A stretch of 64,000 nucleotides of DNA from a virus, in IMG/VR virus record IMGVR_UViG_3300035698_016797, positions 117,031-181,030 of that record. One strand, given 5' to 3'. Under the pieces are notes generated by a model that saw nothing but the letters and a program-made list of their open reading frames with translations, was not told the DNA's origin and searched no databases. Positions 57,201-64,000 of this stretch are shown here, piece after piece. The position numbers and the translations under genes were made by a program. The number at the start of each line of letters is the position of its first letter. Position 1 is the first letter of the stretch.

Positions 57201-57488
57201 ATGAAAAAACTAAAATTGCCAGATATTATTGAATATTTAAACGACAAAATTGACGCATTGTGTGAGAGGAAAAATGCTAGAAAACCAGCAAAGGCTGGAA
57301 AGATTTTTGGAGATTCTGTTGTTAAAGAATCTGAAAGACAAGAATTAGAACAGCAAATATCTACAATCTATTCTGTAATAGATATTTTAGATCCAAACGG
57401 TAAATACCTTGAAAAGTACACAGATATTCATCTTGGATGTCAAAATTGGCCAAATTGTGATTCTGTCGGGTGTGGAAATGGAAAATGA
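57201..57488 (+). CDS. Hypothetical protein (95 aa)
   Basis: ORF track; C-terminal GCQNWPNCD. Confidence 0.5.
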   Translation: MKKLKLPDIIEYLNDKIDALCERKNARKPAKAGKIFGDSVVKESERQELEQQISTIYSVIDILDPNGKYLEKYTDIHLGCQNWPNCDSVGCGNGK

Positions 57489-57494
57489 AAATGT

Positions 57495-57568
57495 GCGGGT
57501 GTAGCATAGTGGTAATGCACCAGCTTGCCAAGTTGGCTAGGAGAGTTCGATTCTCTCTATCCGCTCCA
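57495..57568 (+). tRNA. trnG: tRNA-Gly(GCC)
   Basis: Loop TTGCCAA, U73, CCA. Confidence 0.92.
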
Positions 57569-57582
57569 AAAGGAGAAACAAA

Positions 57583-57900
57583 ATGGTACAAACTATACCG
57601 TGTGAATGTGGTGAGACATTGATAGGACTTGATGGAATGTGTGTCGGGTGTTCAAAAGACAGACGCCCTCCGGTTTGTCCAAGCTGTCACTTTAGACATT
57701 TTGAAACGGAAAGATGTAACTTTGAAATGTTAAATGCAGAAGATACACGAACGATGATGCTGTTGGAACTTGCAGAGCATAAGCTAAATGAGGCACATGA
57801 AATAACCTCAGATGGTGAAGTTCACAAGTCGATTGATGAAGCTATGATCATAATGACGATGATCAAAGGTACTTTGTCCGACAGAATAAACGAAAGGTAG
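57583..57900 (+). CDS. Hypothetical Cys-rich protein (105 aa)
   Basis: SD AAGGAG; CECG, CVGC and CPSC motifs. Confidence 0.6.
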   Translation: MVQTIPCECGETLIGLDGMCVGCSKDRRPPVCPSCHFRHFETERCNFEMLNAEDTRTMMLLELAEHKLNEAHEITSDGEVHKSIDEAMIIMTMIKGTLSDRINER

Positions 57901-57904
57901 TGGA

Positions 57905-58135
57905 ATGACAATTGAAGATGCAATAGATCACTGTTATGAGGTTGCAGAAGAGGCTGAGAAGTTTCAATGCTCACCATGCACTAATGATCATTTGCAATTG
58001 GCAAAATGGTTGATAGAGTTAAAGAAGAGACGTGAAGAATGTATGTGCCAGCTTAGCTCAGCGGTAGAGCCGCTGTTTTGTAAACAGCAGGTCGTCGGTT
58101 CGATTCCGACAGCTGGCTCCAAACTAAGAAAGTAA
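57905..58135 (+). CDS. Hypothetical protein whose frame runs through all of tRNA-Thr
   Basis: SD AAGG; MTIEDAIDHC...LAKWLIELK; no stop before 58133. Confidence 0.45.
   Translation: MTIEDAIDHCYEVAEEAEKFQCSPCTNDHLQLAKWLIELKKRREECMCQLSSAVEPLFCKQQVVGSIPTAGSKLRK
58047..58121 (+). tRNA. trnT: tRNA-Thr(TGT)
   Basis: Loop TTTGTAA, CCA. Confidence 0.92.
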
Positions 58136-58139
58136 AAAC

Positions 58140-58559
58140 ATGGATAATGATACAACCACAAACGAAGAGTTTGAGATTTTCAAGAAAGAATGTCTGTATT
58201 GGATAAATGAGTTCTGCCTTCATGATTGGGACGTAGAATTTTGGCACGAAGATATGTCTGAGGCGAAAGCCAGAACAGACTGGACTTGTGAAGGTAAGCT
58301 TGCCAGAATTACTTTTTCAAAAGACTGGAGTCATGTACACAAGACTGATGTTGCAATAAAAGCTTCCGCATTTCACGAGGCTACTGAACTATTACTTGCA
58401 GAGCTGAGCGCAATTTCAAACTGTGTTGTTGTTGATCACAAAAGAACTGACAGGGCAGTACATAGCGTTATACACAGACTTCAGCACATGTTGATTGATA
58501 GAGAGCGTGATGAAATCCAAATTGATATTGTTCAAAGTTTAAAAACAGAAGAGGTTTAA
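58140..58559 (+). CDS. Hypothetical protein with degenerate zincin-like motif (139 aa)
   Basis: LHDWDV...ARITFSKDW...AFHEATELLL. Confidence 0.5.
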   Translation: MDNDTTTNEEFEIFKKECLYWINEFCLHDWDVEFWHEDMSEAKARTDWTCEGKLARITFSKDWSHVHKTDVAIKASAFHEATELLLAELSAISNCVVVDHKRTDRAVHSVIHRLQHMLIDRERDEIQIDIVQSLKTEEV

Positions 58560-58560
58560 T

Positions 58561-59286
58561 ATGCCTAGTGCAATGGTCCCATTTAGCAAGCTTCCAAAAC
58601 CAGAGTCTATAACGGTGGCAAAGGACAGGGGTACAGCATATGGGTACGACGTAATCCTTACAGAAGAATGTATGGAATTTTGTCATAGATACGCTACTAA
58701 GATGCACGAGGTATCAGGTTGTGTAAATATCAATCATGCCATGAGTGGAAAAAAGGGCGAATTTGTAACGTGTGCAGTCTTTATGCATTTAGCAGAAAAG
58801 CTCAAAAGTATGAAGATGAAAGTTATTCATCATGGATTCAGAAGCGAATATTCGTACGACGAAGAACATTTCAAGGATGATATGATGATGGTAATGGGGA
58901 AAAGAGAACATGTACAGTTTGAAATAAAAACATCTGCATGTAATGATCTGGAAAATAGAAGGCCGGGCGGCTTAAGCTGTTCTTTTGATTCTATTCTGAT
59001 AAAGATGGTATACATTTTTTGTCTAGCACCAAAAGAAAATCCTAACCATGTAAGAATTATAGGATGTGCAACACCAAATCATTTAAGAAGGCATTGCATT
59101 ATAAGACACAGGGGAGATATAATGAGCAATAAGGGTGGAGTCATAAAGGAAAGACGTCTGACGGATTGGTCTATCAGATGTAGAAATATGATACCTTTAA
59201 CAGAGGGAACAGTAGAAGATTTGAAATTTCGAAGATATAAGAAAATGGACATTAAATACAACGATATCGGTGGTAAAGTTAGATAG
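58561..59286 (+). CDS. Possible PD-(D/E)xK nuclease-fold protein (241 aa)
   Basis: GKKGE...DD...FEIKT pattern; SD GAGG. Confidence 0.4.
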   Translation: MPSAMVPFSKLPKPESITVAKDRGTAYGYDVILTEECMEFCHRYATKMHEVSGCVNINHAMSGKKGEFVTCAVFMHLAEKLKSMKMKVIHHGFRSEYSYDEEHFKDDMMMVMGKREHVQFEIKTSACNDLENRRPGGLSCSFDSILIKMVYIFCLAPKENPNHVRIIGCATPNHLRRHCIIRHRGDIMSNKGGVIKERRLTDWSIRCRNMIPLTEGTVEDLKFRRYKKMDIKYNDIGGKVR

Positions 59287-59292
59287 ATATGA

Positions 59293-59367
59293 TCGCCAGT
59301 AGCTCAATGGTAGAGTATCCGGCTGTTAACCGGAAGGTTGAAGGTTCGAACCCTTCTTGGCGAGCCA
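59293..59367 (+). tRNA. trnN: tRNA-Asn(GTT)
   Basis: Loop CTGTTAA, T1-A72, G73, CCA. Confidence 0.92.
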
Positions 59368-59386
59368 AATTAAGAAAGGTACAACA

Positions 59387-59686
59387 ATGTCATCAGGTCA
59401 ATATGGATTCTATGGGAAAACAGGCGTATTTAACAATGATGGATTCTTTAACGAAGGACAAAGGGTTCCTATTAAACCGTGTTCGTGCGGTGGCAATGTA
59501 CAAATATATTGTGAGTACGAAGAAATGATAGGGTGGAAAGGAACAGATTTTCAAATTGTTTGCCGCAACTGTAAGAGGCAGACTAAAATTGGAATAGATT
59601 TTGCACTGTTAATAGACAATTGGAACGACGACGATGTTTTGCCAAAAGAAAAACATCACGCATGGTCCTTACCTAATAGCCCTTGA
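59387..59686 (+). CDS. Lar-like zinc-binding protein (start ATG 59387)
   Basis: KPCSCGG...IVCRNC...LIDNWN resembles the Lar restriction-alleviation family. Confidence 0.55.
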   Translation: MSSGQYGFYGKTGVFNNDGFFNEGQRVPIKPCSCGGNVQIYCEYEEMIGWKGTDFQIVCRNCKRQTKIGIDFALLIDNWNDDDVLPKEKHHAWSLPNSP

Positions 59687-59710
59687 CAAAGTGAACACAC
59701 GGTATATATT
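59683..59710 (+). promoter_or_regulatory. Possible internal sigma70-type promoter
   Basis: TTGACA (59683-59688)-N16-TATATT (59705-59710). Confidence 0.5.
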
Positions 59711-59736
59711 GTAAGAAGTTAAAAGAAAGGAATACA

Positions 59737-60024
59737 ATGATAGCAGATATTATAAACGCATCCTTTGAATTACTTGCAGGATTGTTCATAGCTAACAATT
59801 GCAGGTGTATTGTGAGGGATAAGGAAATCAAAGGTGTAAGTGCAATTTCAATATTGTTCTTTACGTTCTGGGGCTACTGGAACCTCTACTACTATCCAAG
59901 CTTAGGACAGATATGGAGTTTCATAGGTGGTATCGTTGTGGTAAGCGCAAATACGGCCTGGATAGGATTAATTGCATACTATAGGATTAAAACAAGGAGT
60001 TTGGAAAATGGACAAACCAGCTAG
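59737..60024 (+). CDS. Small 3-TM membrane protein, PQ-loop/SemiSWEET-like (95 aa)
   Basis: Three hydrophobic segments; RDKEIKGVS...WGYWNLYYY. Confidence 0.5.
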   Translation: MIADIINASFELLAGLFIANNCRCIVRDKEIKGVSAISILFFTFWGYWNLYYYPSLGQIWSFIGGIVVVSANTAWIGLIAYYRIKTRSLENGQTS

Positions 60025-60544
60025 AGACGATGTTAACTGGATAGAAACCACAAACGGAAGATTGGCATATCCACTCAATCCAAAACCTGAAGACATGTTC
60101 ATTGACGATATTGCACACTCTTTGTCGTTGCAATGCAGGTTTACGGGTCACTGTTCTAAGTTCTACAGCGTAGCAGAGCACTGTGTGCTTGGTTCGAGAC
60201 TCTGCGACAGTCCAAGGTGGATGTTACTACACGACGCATCGGAGGCATATCTTACAGACATAGCAAGGCCAGTAAAGAGACTGTTACCAAAAGTTAAGGA
60301 AATTGAAAACGATTTACTGTGGTGTGTGGCCGCAAGGTTTAACCTTATATGGCCAATGCCGGAATGTGTCAAAATAACAGATGATAGAATGCTCATTACT
60401 GAAAGAAATCAAATTATGCCAAAAAGTCAACACGTTTGGGGAATAGATAAGATTGGTTTGGAACCGTACGATATTAAGATTGAATATTGGACTCCAGAGG
60501 TTGCAGAGGCAGAATTCTTCAAAAGATTTTACGAACTGAGTTAG
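60008..60544 (+). CDS. HD-family 5'-deoxynucleotidase, YfbR/YfdR-like (start ATG 60008)
   Basis: IDDIAHSLSLQCRFTGH...YSVAEHC...LLHDASEAYLTDI..PVK...KITDDRML. Confidence 0.8.
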   Translation: MDKPARDDVNWIETTNGRLAYPLNPKPEDMFIDDIAHSLSLQCRFTGHCSKFYSVAEHCVLGSRLCDSPRWMLLHDASEAYLTDIARPVKRLLPKVKEIENDLLWCVAARFNLIWPMPECVKITDDRMLITERNQIMPKSQHVWGIDKIGLEPYDIKIEYWTPEVAEAEFFKRFYELS

Positions 60545-60554
60545 GAGTAAAACA

Positions 60555-60776
60555 ATGCTTACTGTTGAATGTAAAATTAACGGTTATCCGATTACAACTA
60601 CGCTTATACGCAATGTTACAAAGGAGCAGAATTGGGACAAAGCAATACACACGTATGAAGTTAAACACTCAAGCAATAACGGTAAGCTTATAGAGTTCTT
60701 GATAGAACACATTAGAAACCAGGGGTCAGAAAAGCTTGTAGAAATAGTAATGAAGGAAATTTACGGGCGCTTGTAG
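60555..60776 (+). CDS. Hypothetical protein (73 aa)
   Basis: SD AGGAG; its stop TAG is U8-A9-G10 of tRNA-Lys. Confidence 0.6.
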   Translation: MLTVECKINGYPITTTLIRNVTKEQNWDKAIHTYEVKHSSNNGKLIEFLIEHIRNQGSEKLVEIVMKEIYGRL

Positions 60777-60845
60777 CTCAGCCAGGTTTAGAGCATCGGA
60801 CTTTTAATCCGAGGGTCCAGGGTTCGAATCCCTGCGGGCGCACCA
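60767..60845 (+). tRNA. trnK: tRNA-Lys(TTT)
   Basis: Loop CTTTTAA, CCA. Confidence 0.92.
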
Positions 60846-60861
60846 AAATCAGGAGATAACA

Positions 60862-61065
60862 ATGGATAGTAAAGATGGAACACTTTGTCCCAGGTGGGAA
60901 GATCCTGTCCAAAGAAATATCATTCCAGGACAGGATATGCAAAGAGCGGGACATGTTGACATCATTTTCGTTGGCGAAGAAGAGGAGACTGCTCATTCGT
61001 CATATCTCGAAGAAGATTTTTCAAACGACGAATTAATAGGAGCGAGTGGGCGATTAGCTCAATAG
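60862..61065 (+). CDS. Hypothetical acidic protein (67 aa)
   Basis: SD AGGAG; its stop lies inside the tRNA-Arg(ACG) D-loop. Confidence 0.5.
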   Translation: MDSKDGTLCPRWEDPVQRNIIPGQDMQRAGHVDIIFVGEEEETAHSSYLEEDFSNDELIGASGRLAQ

Positions 61066-61124
61066 AATAGAGCACCTGGCTACGAACCAGGAGGTTGGGG
61101 GTTTGAATCCCTCATCGCTCGCCA
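61048..61124 (+). tRNA. trnR: tRNA-Arg(ACG)
   Basis: Loop CTACGAA, A20, CCA; variant T-loop TTTGAAT. Confidence 0.88.
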
Positions 61125-61131
61125 CATTTTT

Positions 61132-61668
61132 ATGGAATATCTAAGATCGGAAAAAGAATACATCTATTTGAATTACGTATGTGAAAGAGTAGAGTCCTAT
61201 TTTCCAGAAGCACAAACAATGCTTGATGTAGGTAGTAATACCGGCCTTTATCTGAAAAGGTTCGAATGGATTCCAAGTGTGACAGCTATAGATATCTTAA
61301 CAGTACCAAGCTTTGATTTTGTCAACGGAATCAAGGCAAACTTTCTTGAGCATGACTTTGAAGGTCAGTCTTTTGAAGTAGTAACGTGTCTGCAAATGCT
61401 TGAACACGTAAAAAATCCAAGAGACTTTTTTGTTAAGATGGTTGAGTTGACAAAAGGAGTTTTGATAGTATCTTTACCATACAAGTGGAGTGCAGACAGT
61501 ATTGCAGACCACATTCACGATCCAATTGACGACAAGAAGATGATGGATTGGTTTGGAGCTTTCCCCACACACTGTTGTACCATTACGGAGCCGGAAAATA
61601 GAGGTATTAGAGTGATATGCCTATTCAGATTCTACGACGAAAAGCAGAAAGAGAGATATTATGGCTAA
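61132..61668 (+). CDS. Class I SAM-dependent methyltransferase (178 aa)
   Basis: MLDVGSNTG...AID...FEVVTCLQMLEHV. Confidence 0.8.
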   Translation: MEYLRSEKEYIYLNYVCERVESYFPEAQTMLDVGSNTGLYLKRFEWIPSVTAIDILTVPSFDFVNGIKANFLEHDFEGQSFEVVTCLQMLEHVKNPRDFFVKMVELTKGVLIVSLPYKWSADSIADHIHDPIDDKKMMDWFGAFPTHCCTITEPENRGIRVICLFRFYDEKQKERYYG

Positions 61669-61960
61669 TGCAATTGTGATCAGCAGGTTTGGAAAACTTC
61701 TGGGAGTTTTTACTCAAAAACAAAAGGCATGGCAATCTATACAGGAATGTGAAGAGGAAGAAGACTTGGAGAAGATTCTTGTGATGGTTGATTCCAGACC
61801 AACAGCAAGAGAGGAAGTTGTTCCATTAACATATGCAAAGCTATGCAAGCAGTTGTCTGAAATGGGTCGTGCAGACATAAGGTCTGTTACAAAGCTTGAA
61901 CCGGCTCAAATTAGATATGGACTATGGCAAGTTGAAATTAATGTCCCAGTAGCTCAGTAG
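61661..61960 (+). CDS. Hypothetical protein (99 aa)
   Basis: Overlaps the upstream stop; its own stop lies in the tRNA-Arg(TCT) D-loop. Confidence 0.55.
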   Translation: MANAIVISRFGKLLGVFTQKQKAWQSIQECEEEEDLEKILVMVDSRPTAREEVVPLTYAKLCKQLSEMGRADIRSVTKLEPAQIRYGLWQVEINVPVAQ

Positions 61961-61976
61961 ATAGAGCAACTGACTT

Positions 61977-62582
61977 TAACTAAAAAGGAGCGTTCTATGT
62001 GGAAGATTGAGAAGATTGTTAGCAAGGGCGATTACGATTACGCTGTTGTTTTCAAACATCCCACAGCAACCAAACACGGGTATGTATTGGAACATCGGAT
62101 AGTAATAGAGAATAGTCTGGGTAGGCTTCTCAATCCAAATGAAGTTGTTCATCATAAAAACGGTGATCGAAAAGACAATCGCTTAGAAAATCTTAAAGTA
62201 ATGAAACGTAAAGAACATTGTTCTAAACATGGATTGAAACAAGGCAGGTTATGGGTAGTATTAAAATGCCCTGAATGCGCTAAGATTTTCGAGAAACCAA
62301 AGAATAAATCCTTTCTTCAACAGGGCACGAGTTACACAACTTGTTCACCACAATGTAGAGGAAGATTTTCTAGAAAGATGCAACTTCAAGGAATAACCAT
62401 AGAACTGGAGAGGGCTATATCGGGGAATCTCGTAAGTAAGTATAGGAAATACTCCACGACAATCCCGAGCAAACCATTAACAATGGGATGCGTAGAGGCC
62501 ATACGCCCTCAGTCTGGAATGGCTAAGAGATGGTCCAGCCAGCAAGCTTGAAAAAGTGGTTATGGAAACATGATGCTGGAAG
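61977..62582 (+). mobile_element. Group I intron (606 nt) inserted after U34
   Basis: 5' exon ends in U and the intron ends in G. P1 CUU/GAG; P3 GAGGGC (62410-62415)/GCCCTC (62505-62510); P7 GGCCAT/ATGGTC; Q-like AATCCCGAGC; R-like AGAGGCCATAC; S-like AAGAGATGGTCC. Confidence 0.85.
61997..62551 (+). CDS. Intron-encoded HNH homing endonuclease (184 aa)
   Basis: LEHRIVIE..LGRLL...EVVHHKNGDRKDNRLENL, then CPEC...CSPQC; the 3' part reads through the intron core. Confidence 0.9.
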   Translation: MWKIEKIVSKGDYDYAVVFKHPTATKHGYVLEHRIVIENSLGRLLNPNEVVHHKNGDRKDNRLENLKVMKRKEHCSKHGLKQGRLWVVLKCPECAKIFEKPKNKSFLQQGTSYTTCSPQCRGRFSRKMQLQGITIELERAISGNLVSKYRKYSTTIPSKPLTMGCVEAIRPQSGMAKRWSSQQA

Positions 62583-62639
62583 CTAATCAGTAGGTCGTAG
62601 GTGCAAATCCTACCTGGGACACCAACTAGAAAGAACAAT

Positions 62640-63230
62640 ATGACACATTCAGATTTTGGACAAGACGTATATATCAGAGACAGATTCTTCCGTGGATCAA
62701 AGTCTGGGTGCTGTTTGGAGGCTGGTGCTCAAGATGGAGAATCCCACAGCAACACTCTTTTGTTTGAAGAGGAGCATGAGTGGGATAGAATTTTGATAGA
62801 GCCAGATCCAAAACACATGCAAGTTTTGAAGACAAGAAAGAATGGTAGAAAGTATTGTGCACCCCTGTGGGATGTAACCGGCGATACTGTGGTAATGAAC
62901 GACATCAATAAGAACGGATGGACCCACATAGATAAATATGGTCCTAAGAATGTAGAGATTGTCCACCAGTGGAATGCTGTCACAATCGGGATTAACGATG
63001 TGTTGCCACAATATACAGACTTGGTATCGCTGGACACAGAAGGATCAGAGCATGTAATTGTTGGAGCAATAGACTTTAGTAGATTCAAAATTGCAGTGTT
63101 CCTCATTGAAGCAAAGGAGTCAAGAGAATATATTGGTAAAATCCTCAAAAGAGAAGGGTATATATTCTACAATACAATCAAGCATGACGTAATCTATTAT
63201 GATCCAAAACTGATACAGCCGAAAGGATAG
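62640..63230 (+). CDS. FkbM-family methyltransferase (start ATG 62640)
   Basis: GQDVYI...LEAGAQDGESHSNT...ILIEP...VSLDTEGSE. Confidence 0.8.
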   Translation: MTHSDFGQDVYIRDRFFRGSKSGCCLEAGAQDGESHSNTLLFEEEHEWDRILIEPDPKHMQVLKTRKNGRKYCAPLWDVTGDTVVMNDINKNGWTHIDKYGPKNVEIVHQWNAVTIGINDVLPQYTDLVSLDTEGSEHVIVGAIDFSRFKIAVFLIEAKESREYIGKILKREGYIFYNTIKHDVIYYDPKLIQPKG

Positions 63231-63234
63231 TTAA

Positions 63235-63612
63235 ATGCTATTAGCAGTGCCAGAAGAAGAGAGAAAGCGTAAAAAAACGCTTCCAAAATATGTAGACGCC
63301 AACAACGTTGAACACATGAAGGCTATGCAAATCTTCTTTGAAACAGGAGGATTTCCAAGAGAGTTCGTAGAAGGTGTTCCAAAGGATATGGAATTTACAC
63401 AATTTTGGTTTGTACAACTTCTTGAAAAGTTGGCAAAGAAATGGGTACAATATAAATTGTCAGAGATTAAACCGGAGTCTACCGAGCCAGCAGATGCTGC
63501 TCCACCTCCAACTGTTGCAAAGGATGACTCCGGTCCTTCAGTGAAAAAGAGAGTTCGTAAACGTAAGCCAAAGACTAAAGAGGATACTAAAAGTGAAAAA
63601 ACGCAAAAGTAA
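63235..63612 (+). CDS. Hypothetical protein (125 aa)
   Basis: SD AAGGA; basic low-complexity C-terminus. Confidence 0.55.
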   Translation: MLLAVPEEERKRKKTLPKYVDANNVEHMKAMQIFFETGGFPREFVEGVPKDMEFTQFWFVQLLEKLAKKWVQYKLSEIKPESTEPADAAPPPTVAKDDSGPSVKKRVRKRKPKTKEDTKSEKTQK

Positions 63613-63632
63613 ATCTCGAATATGTCCCATGT

Positions 63633-63710
63633 TGGGGCATAGCTTAGTCTGGTTAAAGCATCCGTCTTATAAACGGAAGACCATGAGTTCAAATCTCATT
63701 GTCCCTACCA
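63633..63710 (+). tRNA. trnI: tRNA-Ile(TAT)
   Basis: Loop CTTATAA, A73, CCA; U1.U72 mismatch. Confidence 0.8.
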
Positions 63711-63714
63711 CATC

Positions 63715-64000
63715 ATGAACATGGTGAAAGAATACGTCGATGGCATCTCGCTTGTGGTCCCAGAGCAGTTCCCTACACTGCTTAAGGATCAGTACGACGA
63801 CATATGTAATGGTATAGGCGCAGCATGGATGCCGTTCAAGCTAAATCGAATCTGGGGCTTGAACTGCAAGGTGATAGGAGATATTCACGATTGTGGATAT
63901 GAATACGCAGAACCCACATGGTCTGCTAAACAGATTCAAGATTGGTTTTTTAAGGACAATTTGACAACATGGATCATTGCCAAGTCAAAATATAAGTGGC
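63715..64000 (+). CDS. Partial ORF running off the window; phospholipase A2-like/DUF1353-like motif
   Basis: Read manually: CNGIG...W...IHDCGY...K...D..F..NL. Confidence 0.4.
   Translation, partial: MNMVKEYVDGISLVVPEQFPTLLKDQYDDICNGIGAAWMPFKLNRIWGLNCKVIGDIHDCGYEYAEPTWSAKQIQDWFFKDNLTTWIIAKSKYKW

Larger units (their letters stand above)
61943..62624 (+). tRNA. trnR: tRNA-Arg(TCT) split by a group I intron (exons 61943-61976 and 62583-62624)
   Basis: Acceptor GTCCCAG/CTGGGAC and stem ACTGA/TCAGT; joining CTT with CTAA gives loop CTTCTAA; CCA encoded. Confidence 0.85.

Noticed and set aside
61969-61980. Apparent ochre-suppressor anticodon loop CT-TTA-AC, suggesting TAA recoding
   Set aside because: It is the 5' exon plus the start of the group I intron; splicing gives CTTCTAA (Arg-TCT). 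TAA, TAG and TGA all end long genes normally.
1-64000. CRISPR array, diversity-generating retroelement, inteins, integrase
   Set aside because: No repeat-spacer array, reverse transcriptase, template/variable repeat pair or integrase seen; terminase, portal and capsid show no intein-like insertions.

Overview
This is a 64-kb segment of a large tailed dsDNA phage genome in the standard genetic code, with bacterial sigma70-type promoters and Shine-Dalgarno sites. Positions 1-51.8 kb (minus strand) hold the late and virion region: baseplate/tail genes, a 5506-aa tape measure protein, tail chaperones, tail tube, neck, capsid, decoration, scaffold, protease, portal and terminase. No sheath gene is visible, so the tail is probably non-contractile. 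Further along are LamG/FN3 surface proteins, a multi-domain glycosyltransferase with a radical SAM gene, a sigma factor and small genes. Positions 51.9-64 kb (plus strand) hold 20 tRNA genes and one tRNA-like RNA, interleaved with translation and nucleotide accessory genes (Smr, ThyX-like, NADAR, Pth2, HD, methyltransferases). One tRNA gene, Arg-TCT, is split by a group I intron carrying an HNH gene. The most striking observation is that the tRNA array is divided into two blocks, each preceded by a promoter, a Shine-Dalgarno-led 24-26 aa leader peptide, mutually exclusive hairpins and an intrinsic terminator, and each containing a boxA-like element. The central codons of each leader match the anticodons of the tRNAs in the block downstream. 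This suggests ribosome-mediated attenuators that switch on phage tRNAs when the matching host tRNAs run out. All functional calls come from manual motif reading; no database searches or folding programs were run.
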